DNA of 64,000 bases, taken from contig CBDBLO010000002.1 in NCBI GenBank assembly GCA_965207075.1, forward strand, positions 2,112,001 to 2,176,000, in the 5' to 3' direction. Positions 31,202 to 42,321 of the stretch are shown in pieces. Every line of letters starts with the position of its first letter. The first letter of the stretch is position 1. Below the pieces are notes generated by a model that saw only the letters and a list, made by a program, of their open reading frames with translations, was not told the DNA's origin and made no database searches. The position numbers and the translations under genes are program-made. The stretch is from Nitrosopumilus sp. (lineage in GTDB: Archaea > Thermoproteota > Nitrososphaeria > Nitrososphaerales > Nitrosopumilaceae).

Positions 31202-32764
31202 TCACACCTTTTTCACATTAAATCCAAGGCTCTTTATGTTTTTGGTAATTGATGCATCCAGTTTCTTGGATTTCGATTGCAGCTCATTCCATTGCAATAC
31301 TAGCTGGCCCATTCTTTCTTCAAACGGTTCTTCGTCATCCAACTGCGAGCTTACACCTACGTAGCGTCCCGGAGTAAGAACATACCCATGCTTATGAATC
31401 TCATCCAACATGACACTCTTGCAAAATCCGACTACGTCCTTGTACCTGGATCTTTTATTGCGCCAAGAATGATATGTGTCGGCAATCTCTGCAATATCCT
31501 CGTTCGTCAGCTCCCTGTGCCGCCTATCCCTCATCGTACCCATGTTGCGGGCATCAATGAACAATACCTGCTTCTGACGGTTTCTGAACCGGTGGTTCTT
31601 TTTGTCTCTAGTTACAAACCACAGGCAGGCGGGAATCTGAGTGTTGTAGAACAGCTGGGAGGGCAGTGCGACCATGCAGTCCACCAGATCCTGCTCCACT
31701 ATATTTTTGCGTATTTCGCCCTCACCGCTCGTGTTAGAGGACATCGAGCCGTTGGACATTACGAATCCGGCCGTTCCGGTAGGTGATAAATGATGGATAA
31801 AGTGCTGAATCCATGCAAAGTTTGCGTTGCCAGCAGGTGGTATGCCATACACCCATCTGACATCATCCTGTAACAGGTGACCGTCCCAGTCACTGTCGTT
31901 GAACGGAGGATTGGCAAGTATGAAATCCGCCCTCAGATCCTTGTGCGCGTCGTTTACAAAGCTGCCCTGTCCATTCCACTTGATCATGTTGGATTCTATC
32001 CCGCGAATGGCTAGGTTCATCCTACACAGACGCCAAGTGGTGGAGTTGCTCTCCTGTCCATAAATTGAGATGTTGCCGATTCGGCCACCGTGTGCTTTGA
32101 TGAATTTTTCACTCTGCACGAACATGCCGCCCGAACCGCAGCAGGGGTCGAATATTCTGCCCTTGTATGGTTCCAAAACCTCTACCAGCAGTCTGACAAT
32201 ACTTCCCGGCGTATAGAATTGGCCACCCTTTTTGCCCTCTGCATCTGCAAACTGGCCCAAAAAATACTCATATACGCGCCCTAATACGTCCTTGCTCTTG
32301 CTCTCCCTGTCTCCCAGTCCGATGGTTCCTATCAAATCTATCAATTCCCCGAGCCTCTGCTTGTTGAGACTGGGACGGGCATAGTCCTTTTGCAGGACTC
32401 CACGCAATGACACATTCTCTCTTTCTATGGATGCCATCGCGTTGTCAATCATCTCTCCAACCTCCGGTTTCTTGGCATTGTCAGCCAGATATCTCCATCG
32501 TGCCCTTTTGGGTACCCAGAAGATCCTCCTAGAGGTGTACTCGTCACGGTCCTCGGGATCAGAGTCCTGCGCTTTTCCCAGTAATTCGTGTATTTCTACG
32601 AATGCATCAGATATGTACTTTAGAAAGATCAGCCCTAGCACAACATGCTTGTATTCTGCCGCGTCCATGTTGCTTCGGAGCTTGTCGGCAGCCTTCCACA
32701 TCTTCTCCTCAAAACCGAGATTTGCACCGTTGGGGGTTCTTTCTTTGGATTTTACTCGTGCCAT
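31202..32764 (-). CDS. hsdM: Type I R-M methyltransferase subunit (m6A)
   Basis: [29 protein letters not shown]. Confidence 0.96.
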   Translation of the reverse strand: MARVKSKERTPNGANLGFEEKMWKAADKLRSNMDAAEYKHVVLGLIFLKYISDAFVEIHELLGKAQDSDPEDRDEYTSRRIFWVPKRARWRYLADNAKKPEVGEMIDNAMASIERENVSLRGVLQKDYARPSLNKQRLGELIDLIGTIGLGDRESKSKDVLGRVYEYFLGQFADAEGKKGGQFYTPGSIVRLLVEVLEPYKGRIFDPCCGSGGMFVQSEKFIKAHGGRIGNISIYGQESNSTTWRLCRMNLAIRGIESNMIKWNGQGSFVNDAHKDLRADFILANPPFNDSDWDGHLLQDDVRWVYGIPPAGNANFAWIQHFIHHLSPTGTAGFVMSNGSMSSNTSGEGEIRKNIVEQDLVDCMVALPSQLFYNTQIPACLWFVTRDKKNHRFRNRQKQVLFIDARNMGTMRDRRHRELTNEDIAEIADTYHSWRNKRSRYKDVVGFCKSVMLDEIHKHGYVLTPGRYVGVSSQLDDEEPFEERMGQLVLQWNELQSKSKKLDASITKNIKSLGFNVKKV

Positions 32765-33468
32765 CTCATGCTTCCCTTCATGCCAAAGTCCTATCATCAG
32801 CATATTAAGCATATGCGTACGGGTCGGCAAAGTCGCTTAGCTCGTCTACCATGCAAGTGGCTGACAGCCGCAAAAATTGCCGTAAGCTGCGTTGCTCTCT
32901 GCCAAGAAAGGCTGTTTCGAGTGTTGTCTGTGTGGATACGTTCTGTAGATTTGCCCTATTTGGTGGCCTCCACGCCTAGAATGCAGGGATGCAATGACCG
33001 CGCGCCTGGTAGTCTGTCAAGTCTAAGGCGGCACAGTATCTTCCCTGCGCACATTTTTTCACTCTCCTCTGGCCGTGCCCAGCTCATAAATTGGAAGCAG
33101 AACCATGGAGCAGGATCAAGCGTGCAATTGCATGTCTGTTATTCAAGGGCAGGTTAGAGCATATGAAGAATTCCATACAGTAGCTACTGGACAGGGATGA
33201 GGTGGCCATCGTAAGCTGCCTGACTACATACTTGCTACTATTGCGGTATAGACGGCCGCCGGAATGCGTGGTGCTCGGAGAGCGCAAATGCCGACGTGGC
33301 AAGCCATCTTGTCTTGATCTCCAGATGTGCCATTCCAAGTCGGTTGGCCCCTTCTCCAGCCGCGAATGTCGTGACATACAGCTCAGGAATTGGAACACAA
33401 AGGTGGATGTTGGACAATGGTAGCATTACTGCATAAAATGCTTTGAGCTTTTTTCAAATTACTATACG

Positions 33469-34389
33469 TCAACAACTGTTCTCGTGCATTCTTTCTAAGT
33501 ATTCATTTATTTTTCTATTCAGTGATGCCAAAAACACAGAAATCTTCGGAAGATCCTCGTGTAGTTTCCGGCCTTGCATTACATACATGCGAAATCTCTT
33601 GTTACGAGTTGAATCAGATGAATTATTGAGTTTATCAAGATACATGTTAAACGTATCTAACGTGTGCAAAACATTAGCAATACTTAGTGTGGGCGACGTA
33701 TCTGTCACATCTCCCAACATGTTATTTTCCTTCAGAAATGGTTCACATTTGATGACACTTGCTCTGAACAGCGCTAGCTCTATTTGTGGAGCACAGTATG
33801 TAGCATCAAGCATGATTATTTTAAATTCAGAAAGTAAATAATCTAATACTTCCTTTACCACGTCTATGTTTGTCTTGAGGTTTTTTAGATCGTGTACATG
33901 CTGATCCGTATTAGAAAACAGACGTAGTATGGTACTTCTAGGAGCAGGAGTAGTGGACGCGCCTATCCGGACGTAACATGTGCCTTTCTCTTTTAGAAAG
34001 TATGGCTTGTCCAATTTCTGATCTCTTATGTGAATTACTACGAAGAAGCGTTGTCGTGTATCGTCTATTATTTTAGTTTCGATCTTGGGTATTGGTTCGA
34101 CCTGCACTCGTTGATTCCGTATGTCGTTTTTCACTTTATCTTCTTCACCTGCCCGGAATCCATTCTTACTAAATTCAATTAGATGTTGATCTTTCTTTTT
34201 CTCGTCAATTCCAAGCACGATAAAACCTCCTTGTGTATTGGCCATAGCGCAAAGATGTTTAGATAGATCATTAAGTGTACAGCGTCCTTTGAAGTCAAAC
34301 TCCGCCGACTCTACATCGCGCACTTTTAAGAGTTTGTCAATGTCATCTAGCGTCCAGATACCAACGGCACGAGGAAACAGATTATTCAT
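33469..34389 (-). CDS. Schlafen (AlbA_2) domain protein
   Basis: ESAEFDFKG, CAMANTQGGFIVLGIDE, KPY, YVRIG; start could be further upstream (34578). Confidence 0.85.
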   Translation of the reverse strand: MNNLFPRAVGIWTLDDIDKLLKVRDVESAEFDFKGRCTLNDLSKHLCAMANTQGGFIVLGIDEKKKDQHLIEFSKNGFRAGEEDKVKNDIRNQRVQVEPIPKIETKIIDDTRQRFFVVIHIRDQKLDKPYFLKEKGTCYVRIGASTTPAPRSTILRLFSNTDQHVHDLKNLKTNIDVVKEVLDYLLSEFKIIMLDATYCAPQIELALFRASVIKCEPFLKENNMLGDVTDTSPTLSIANVLHTLDTFNMYLDKLNNSSDSTRNKRFRMYVMQGRKLHEDLPKISVFLASLNRKINEYLERMHENSC

Positions 34390-34705
34390 GTAGAAGTACA
34401 TTAACCACGGGTTTAAAACGTTCACATCAGTAGGCTGTGCGCCCTCGAGTCGATTGATATCTTGTACATAAAGGCCTGAGATCCAAGTCATTCTAGGAAT
34501 AAATTTTTTAACAACCTGTGTGAAGTACAAACTCAAGTCGAGTTTATGCCCAAGTTCATGTAACAACAACTCGGCCACTGTATCGTTACTTGGTACCGAG
34601 AGACGCGGCGGGGTGTGCAGTCGTCGTAGAAGTTCGCCTATCGTCTGCGTATTGCCGCGTCTCCTATAGTGTCAAGTATAGGGATCTCGTGAGTGGAGGG
34701 GAACC

Positions 34706-35038
34706 CTAGGAAGCGCAGGATCCTGTGCACGCTGCACAGGCTATACCTGACATGCATCCTACCGTGTATCTAGTTCTGCAGCTTTCTCGGGGTGAGCATG
34801 TTCTTGCCTGCAAGCCTGTTGGGTAATCTCCTGATCCACCCATGCCTTGCGCGTAAAACTCTGCCCTCCCGGAAGCACCTTGTAGGACACTGATGCCATC
34901 TTCGCTGAACCGGGCAACCCACGGCTGTACTGTGCTCCAGTCCACGTCTTCAAAATCAGAGACGATCTTTGTAGAGTGATTCTTGAATACACCTAGGGCT
35001 GTCATCATCCTGTTGCGGATCCTGATGTCTCTCTGCAT
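34706..35038 (-). CDS. Hypothetical protein
   Basis: 110-aa ORF only. Confidence 0.35.
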   Translation of the reverse strand: MQRDIRIRNRMMTALGVFKNHSTKIVSDFEDVDWSTVQPWVARFSEDGISVLQGASGRAEFYAQGMGGSGDYPTGLQARTCSPRESCRTRYTVGCMSGIACAACTGSCAS

Positions 35039-35218
35039 GTATGGCCTCCGTCAGTTCTTGGATCCTCCTGCGGTTCTCGCTCATGGACGGCTCGGCAATT
35101 CGTCGATCAATAAGCTTTTCTGTGATTGTCTATTATGAGGTAACATTTTCAATGAGCGTTACTCTAGGTGTTGTATACCATCAGGTCATTCCCAAGTCCA
35201 TGCCTAGTGATGTTTATT

Positions 35219-35470
35219 TCAAACAGATTCATTCTGTTTGGACTTGTTGTTCATCCGCATTGCCCAACGCGCTCCGATTATCGCTCCAAGCAAAATGCTT
35301 AAAAAAATGACTATAAACTCAGAAACTGTCGACACAGCAAGTGTCATACATTCACCGTCTCCAGTATTCGAGAACGGTTGGCATACGTAATACCAATCTA
35401 GAGCAAGAAATGCAGCTATCGCCAAAAGCAAAAAATATACAACGTGCCTTTCATCTTTCCAAGTGTCCAT
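35219..35470 (-). CDS. Small two-TM membrane protein
   Basis: Two hydrophobic helices separated by a Cys-flanked loop. Confidence 0.5.
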   Translation of the reverse strand: MDTWKDERHVVYFLLLAIAAFLALDWYYVCQPFSNTGDGECMTLAVSTVSEFIVIFLSILLGAIIGARWAMRMNNKSKQNESV

Positions 35471-35959
35471 AAGTCTGTGTCTTGGTCGTCGTTCATAAAA
35501 TTTGCGTCTGCGGTGACGCTGCCTAGATCCAACAACGTAAAAACGATGTATTGTATGAAAATGATCTTGCCTACTCTTGGTGTCTTCATTCGTTTCGGAT
35601 TAATTTCCCTGAGCATCTAGCACCTTTCTGTTGTGGAATACCTGCAATGGAATCTTGCCATTGTCTATGTTAAGCAACCAGTACAACCTCATTGTAGCAC
35701 ACGATGAATTCCGACAGGCTCTCAAAGTAGTGCAGTTCCTCGTCAAGTGTACGGTAGAGCAGATTGGGCTCGGAAAACAGCGAATGGAACAGTGAATTGA
35801 CAGATCTTCTTAAAAGCGCCTCAAGTGGTAAACGTAAATTCATAACAGTATTTCTCTACATTGTTTGTGTCGTAACAACCAGTATTATCTCGGCAGAGAT
35901 AACCTCTGAAATCATTGTCGAATCAATTACTGAGTGGTTCGAAGTGCTCTAACACATGA

Positions 35960-36880
35960 TTATTGTTTTTGTAGTGATTCTATGAACGACTTGATTACAA
36001 TTTTTGTTTCTTCTTTACTCCTCACCTCATTTATGCTTTTAATAAGAATGTCCCAAAAGTCATTATAGTCATTTTTAAACTCTGATCTTTTTTCTAAGTT
36101 CTTTAAAATTCCCAAGCCATACTTGATCAATTCCCAAGCAAAAACTTCTCCATATCCATATTCGACGCGAATGTTCTTATAATATTCAGCAAATTCTGGT
36201 GTCGAAATATTTCCAAAATTGTCATCAATAAAATTATACTCACAACAAGTTCTAGCTTCCTCAAGCGCGTATGAGTTCATGTCTTGGGACATAAAAAAAG
36301 GATCATAGTTCCAATTTACTCGCTCATTTCTAAGATATGCTGAAGCTTCCTGTGTCATTAAATCTGGAAATTTTTTTGAAAAATTTTTAAATAATCTTTC
36401 ATGCTCGTTGCCTCTTACAGTTTCTATTGTGTAAGAGTGCATTTCTTTATTTCTAGTTAACTGAAAAGACATAGTTTTATTGTTAGCGCTAGGGTGAACT
36501 GTGGCTTCCCCAATCCATTGGAAAGGCATATCTTTATCGTTAGCGCTAGGGTGAACTGTGGCTTTGCCAATCAATCATAGCAGACCATTCACTGCATAAA
36601 AAATACTGTAATATCGAGTAGTTGTTGCCCATGCCAAGTAGTTACTGCACATCAGATCTTTGTAAGCTAAAAGATTAGAAACAGAATGACGTAAGAATAC
36701 ACAGGCGTCCATAAGGAACATTTCGTCTAATTGGAACCCTTGTTGTGAGGTAATCTTTTTAGATTTTACTACATTTTGTAAGTCACTGGACGGAATTCTT
36801 GAGAAAAACTCTTTGAGATGTGTTTGGCAAAATGGTCTAATTTTTTCATAGTATGCTGCCAGAGCTTCGTTGCTGATCAA
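35960..36880 (-). pseudogene. HEPN-like gene interrupted by an in-frame TGA (36575-36577)
   Basis: Two abutting in-frame ORFs; YYSIFYA helix and LRNERVNWNY motif; internal 57-bp duplication. Confidence 0.6.
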
Positions 36881-37650
36881 TACTACACCCTAAGATTAGA
36901 GGATTAAATATGTATATTCCTGCAAACAGAGCTAATACTCAATTGTCCTTATGCTACCTGTGACGACTTTGCATCTATGCCTCCATAGGCAATCCTAAAG
37001 CAATTTAGGCACTAATCTAGGATACAGTTGCGCAATTCGTCTTCAAATGATCAAAAGAATTACTCGATCCCGGTCTTTGATCCATCTCAGTCTCCCAGTT
37101 CGAACTCATCTGGTAATTCACCAACGAGGCGGCCATACTCCATGTCAATGTACACCAACCAATCTATGAGTGGCATAATGTCTATCGGCCTGTCATTAAT
37201 CTTAGTAGCATCATTTATGATGTCGCTGTCCTTGTACGCGTGCACTTTGTAGCATTAGATCGCCCATTTGAGTCACGCTCATTGGAAATTTCGCCTTATG
37301 ATGGACATCGCTGACAAGTTTATTGATCGACGGATCGCCGACCCATCCATGAACGAGAGCAGCAAGAAGATCCGGGAACTGCCGGAGGCCATGCATGCAG
37401 AGAAGCATCAGGATACGCAACAGGATGATGGTGATTCTTTCTGGATCCATTCTCAAGCAGGTTGTTCTCGTATTTTGATTTTTAAACTCGCCAAGACGGA
37501 CTCCAAAAGTATTTGCCACATAATATTCTACAGAGTGATACGAAATGGGTCGTATCACTAAGGGCGCATGGTGGTAGGTATGCGATCTTGTACCCGATTT
37601 ACAATTTTGTGGGTGAGCCCTTGATTCCACACCATTAATGTATAAAAGAT

Positions 37651-38454
37651 CTACATGTCATATACGTAATCTAAAAACTTCATACCCGCAGGAGTTATTG
37701 TATGAGTCATATTACGAATTGAGCTCTCCATATTAGAATCAAACGTATTTGGATCGAAATATAGCCAAAATTTAACAATTTTAGCTTTTAAGATATTCCA
37801 AGTGACTAGATCATTGTGCGCATTAGAATATACTGTGAGATTGCTTACAAGATAGAATTGATTAAGATCGTCATACTTGTCTTCTGACCAATATACCGCA
37901 CAATCATTTTTGCCATAAGGCCTGTCGTCTTCAGATCGTGGCTTATTCTTGCGCCCGTTTGCTATGCTGAGAATTATTTCTCTAGGATTTTTTAAAACTG
38001 TCAGTAGCTTAATGTGGATCGGTTCCATGTTAATCAAAATTTTAAAAAACATATTAGTTAATTCGGAGTCAGTATTCTTACTTGTGTATCCGGTAACAAG
38101 GAATTGCTTTAAATATTCTATCTTGTCTTCGTTTGTTTCTTGAATCATTTTTCGTAAAGTCTCTTTCAAGAGTTTTTGACCTTCTGGGCTGTGTATATAC
38201 TCTAGGTTTAATAGAGAATTTTTCCGCTCTAGTCGATCCATTAAGTCAGGCACATGTTTGATAAATCGTTCGCGAGCCACAATATCGGTACATTCTACGA
38301 GGAGTGGAAAGATGAATCCCATTGGATCTCCCACTATAAGTGGTCCTATTGATTCTATAATTTTTTGTGACAAGGCAACCCATTCTGTAGAATACATCCA
38401 CTCAACAGACTCATTAATTTTTTGTCGTAATTGTTTGACCACTTCTGATGTCAT
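37651..38454 (-). CDS. Hypothetical protein with weak resemblance to Abi-alpha/DUF4393
   Basis: ETNEDKIEYLKQFL and C-terminal ITPAGMKFL wHTH-like end. Confidence 0.6.
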   Translation of the reverse strand: MTSEVVKQLRQKINESVEWMYSTEWVALSQKIIESIGPLIVGDPMGFIFPLLVECTDIVARERFIKHVPDLMDRLERKNSLLNLEYIHSPEGQKLLKETLRKMIQETNEDKIEYLKQFLVTGYTSKNTDSELTNMFFKILINMEPIHIKLLTVLKNPREIILSIANGRKNKPRSEDDRPYGKNDCAVYWSEDKYDDLNQFYLVSNLTVYSNAHNDLVTWNILKAKIVKFWLYFDPNTFDSNMESSIRNMTHTITPAGMKFLDYVYDM

Positions 38455-38460
38455 ATACTA

Positions 38461-39554
38461 TAGTGACGATCAAAAGTTTTTGCGGGGTAGGGATGTTCTA
38501 TTGATGAATTTCATTGCATCGAGTTTGGGGCGCGCCGTCCTAAAATACTCTGACAAGGCACGGCGCATATGCACCACCGTCGAGTAATATTCGCTGACCA
38601 GCAGATCACGCTTTGACTGGTGCCAGTACTCCTCGACCACGCTGAGTTCCGGCGTCGCCTTGGGAAGCCATATGATCCTCGCGTTTGGCTCCCCCTCCAG
38701 GTATTCCCGTACGATTCTGGCCTTGTGCTGCGGCGCATTGTCCATGATTACCGCGGTCCTGCCAAAGTGGCCGACCAGCGCCTTCAGGTACTTCAGGAAC
38801 GTCTCCTTGTCGAATCCCTTGTACGTCCTGACAAACTGCCTGCCGTCCGTCGTGAGCGCGCCGTACGCCACTACCCTGTCGTGGCTTCCATTGTATGCGG
38901 TTATGACGGGGACGCCCCTCGGCGACCAGTATTTCACGCCGCTTCCCGGGTCGTTGATGAATATGGACTCGTCAACGACCGCGGTGACAAATCCCCGCGA
39001 TTTCAGGTACGCGATCCGCCTTTTTGTGTCCCGCTGCCACTCCCTGATCTCCTCCATCTCCGCCCGGTTGACGTGCACCGCCTGGGACGTCTTGGCCGAC
39101 ATGCCGAGCCTGTGCATTATCTTCCTGACGTTTGTTATGTGGTACTCCACCCCGTGCCTTTCGCGTATGGCATTCTTGAGCACCCTTGGCGTCGTGATGC
39201 CGCCTCCTCCCGCAACGATCTTCCTGATCCTCTTCATCGCCACCTTTGGAGGCCTGCCCGAACGGGGCCTGTCCTTCAGGCCTGCAAGGCCGTCCTTGTC
39301 AAAGCGCCGAACCCAGCTGGAGACGGTGCGCGCGTCGCAGTAGCACAGCGAGGCGACCTCGGATGCCTTCAATCCGTTGATCTTGACCATGCAGACTGCG
39401 TGGATCCTATTTCCTATGAGGTGGTCTTTTTCTGCCTTGTAGGCCCGAATGAGCAGGTCCCTGTCTTTCTCATCCATGCCGGGCGATGTATTCGGTGATC
39501 AAAAAAGGTTGCGCACACAGTTCTGACAGCCGCGAAGACTTTTGCGTCACACTA
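38461..39554 (-). mobile_element. IS630-family element (transposase 38470-39477)
   Basis: HTH with RSGRPPK, DES, MDNAPQH, PELSVVE; imperfect TIRs TAGTGACGATCAAAAGT / ACTTTTGCGTCACACTA flanked by TA. Confidence 0.92.
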
Positions 39555-39949
39555 TAAGTTCATAAGTCTTCCCAAAAAACCTTACGAGTGTTGCTTCTGT
39601 CATTGTCACATGATGACTCGGTTTAGGCGCAAGTATCTCATACAAGAAGTCTTCCACCATGTCTTAGATACACGTCATGTTTTTAGACACAAACTATAAT
39701 CACCTAAATGCACATGTCTGTAGTGAACGGATCGGGTCTCAGAGATATCCGGTTGTAGTGTCATCACTAGATAATGTAGAAGAACCACGGATCAGGATCT
39801 TAATAAGGTGGGTGCCATACTATAATCAAGAATTTGGAATCAATATCGCACAAAATGATTCCCGAGCGAGCATACATGATCTCGCGCAGATTTTTGGACA
39901 AGGCCTCTCCAACGACAGTCTTAATTGATGCAACGACATGTGGCATGTA

Positions 39950-42034
39950 TTGAAGATTAAAGAGGTGAGGCTTAGAAATTTTCTCTCGTTTGGCAACAAA
40001 CAGACCAAGATCAGATTGTCCGGACTCACCACGATCGTAGGACCTAACAGCGCGGGCAAGACCAGTCTACTCAGAGCTATAGAAGCAGTTGGCAACTGCA
40101 TGATCCGGCCCCAAACCCTTCCAAAGGCATACCATCACAATGGAAACATTAGACAACCAATCGAGATCGAGATAGACGTAGAGTTCAACGACAACGAGAA
40201 AGAACTCATATCAGATTTTCTAACGTGTTCGTTTATAGCCCACTTTGGACCAAACAATATGCAAGCGGATCTCGCGAGACAAACTACCGAATGGATACTG
40301 CAAAGCAATATCGGAAAGCGCTTCGGGAATCTATGTGGCACGATGACGGCGATCCTACGTATCGAGCATAGATCATTGCCACCAGATGTATATCTACGGA
40401 TCGGCAAGGATAACGACAGCCTGTTTATACTGGATGGCAATGCAACAAAGGCGATAAATGCGGACATACGGACACACTACCATGTTGCCCAACCAATCTT
40501 CAACATGGCCGCGCCCCACATTACTGGCCTAGATGATACTACATTTTACAATAACGCGTATCCATCCGACTTGTACGAAGCTGCGGGAGATCCACTGGAT
40601 GCAATGATTGGATGTGACAATGATGTCCTTTTCTACCTTGGTCAATTTTCGACTGATCATTTTGAAAGGATGGCGGAAATTCCACGAGAGTTTGCACGAA
40701 TACGGGATTTTGTTAGGAATGAGCAAATAAATACGATAAACTTCAATACAATGATTGCACATCTGTTCTCAAAATCCATAGTAAAAATGTCAGGAGTGCC
40801 AACACAGATCAGAGATGTGCCAATCTCAGAAGACGTGCAGAATATGCCCATTGAAAATGTCACAGGCCATAACCTATCCAGAATTCTATTCAGAATGAAT
40901 AACAAGGACGATCCCGCCATAATATCTCGGTACAATGAGATCATCTCAAAGATGAAAGAGATGACGGGACTAGATGTCCGAATCCAGATAAGCGCCAGAG
41001 ATGCACAAAACCAAGAGGAGCAGCAGCCAGATTACAATATATCCGTCAACTTCATGAGGGACGAGATGCTGATTCCGGCCGAGCTTGTGGCTAGCGGTGA
41101 CATCGAATTGCTAATTTTTTTGACCACGTTGATCGGGCAGAAGAACAGAATATTGCTCCTGGATGAACCTGCATCTAGTCTGCATCCAGACAGACAGAAG
41201 GCAATACAGACGCTCATGCATAAAATAGCAGAAGAAGGACGCAATCAGATCATCATAATCACGCATTCACCATTCCTGACGGATCCGTATGGACGAGAAC
41301 CGCTGCTGAGATTCTTTGCAAATGAAACCGGGACAAAGGTGGTGGACGTAGAACAGATATTGTCCGAAAACGAAAAAGCCGGGACAACAATGCAGAATGT
41401 TGATGTCCGCTCAATGATGTTCCAGATGGGAGTGATCATAGTAGAAGGATTATCAGATAAAATGGTGATTGAGTCTACAGACAAGATCATGACAGAAATG
41501 GGAGATGGTCCCGACATTGAAGGCAACGAATGGGCAGTACTGGAAGGGGGCGGAAAGTATGAGGCTTGTTGGCTGTCATATTTAGCAAAAGAGATGGGTA
41601 TCCCGTATATTGTCATAGTGGATCGTGATGCTCTTATGAGATGCGAGAAGAAGATAAGTATGGAAGACAAAAAAGTACTTGCCTCGCCTGTCGTGCGGCA
41701 CATCTACAATACATACGGATTCTCAGATAAAGAGCAAAGGGCTATGATAAGCGTGCGGCCTCTAGTAGCTAGAGAACGCTGGAAAGAGTATGATCCAGAT
41801 GACTTTGATGATCTGCGCGATATTGCGCGATCCCACGACATACACGTGCTGAATGGCGATCTGGAGGAGATTATTGGAATAAAAAAGCGCGGGCGCGGCA
41901 AGCCCGTATTTGCGCTGAGACAGATCGACCAAATGTGTGCAAAAGGCCAAATTCCAGAGGGATTGAGGGACTTGATGAACATGATTGGCAGAATAGTCAA
42001 GGAAAACGGGAGGGGCGTGGCTTGGGTGCCTTGA
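39950..42034 (+). CDS. OLD-family ABC-ATPase/TOPRIM nuclease
   Basis: GPNSAGKT, LLLDEP, ITHS, VIIVEGLSD, IVDRD. Confidence 0.88.
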   Translation: MKIKEVRLRNFLSFGNKQTKIRLSGLTTIVGPNSAGKTSLLRAIEAVGNCMIRPQTLPKAYHHNGNIRQPIEIEIDVEFNDNEKELISDFLTCSFIAHFGPNNMQADLARQTTEWILQSNIGKRFGNLCGTMTAILRIEHRSLPPDVYLRIGKDNDSLFILDGNATKAINADIRTHYHVAQPIFNMAAPHITGLDDTTFYNNAYPSDLYEAAGDPLDAMIGCDNDVLFYLGQFSTDHFERMAEIPREFARIRDFVRNEQINTINFNTMIAHLFSKSIVKMSGVPTQIRDVPISEDVQNMPIENVTGHNLSRILFRMNNKDDPAIISRYNEIISKMKEMTGLDVRIQISARDAQNQEEQQPDYNISVNFMRDEMLIPAELVASGDIELLIFLTTLIGQKNRILLLDEPASSLHPDRQKAIQTLMHKIAEEGRNQIIIITHSPFLTDPYGREPLLRFFANETGTKVVDVEQILSENEKAGTTMQNVDVRSMMFQMGVIIVEGLSDKMVIESTDKIMTEMGDGPDIEGNEWAVLEGGGKYEACWLSYLAKEMGIPYIVIVDRDALMRCEKKISMEDKKVLASPVVRHIYNTYGFSDKEQRAMISVRPLVARERWKEYDPDDFDDLRDIARSHDIHVLNGDLEEIIGIKKRGRGKPVFALRQIDQMCAKGQIPEGLRDLMNMIGRIVKENGRGVAWVP

Positions 42035-42089
42035 GTTTTTCTACCTCGCACTTGTACTCGATCAGATCGGATGCTCCCTTGGACTCGAT

Positions 42090-42245
42090 TTATCGCTTTC
42101 CGTCCTTATGAACCGCGTCTTCTACTTGGAGAACGCGTTGGATTGAGGTTGTGCTTACGGCATAGATCGGCCGCCTGATGCCCGCCTCCAGAAATTCAAG
42201 CACGATCAGGATCTTGTCCTTTGCAGCGAATTTTTTGCCCTTTAT
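42090..42245 (-). pseudogene. Transposase N-terminal HTH remnant
   Basis: KKFAAKDKILIVLEFL resembles IS HTH starts; the frame breaks shortly after. Confidence 0.4.
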
Positions 42246-42321
42246 TGCGCTGGCTCCCTGCTGTGCAAAATTTGTTTGTATGTAGACGCTCTCAATTTGG
42301 GGGGTGGGCGGATGTACCATT

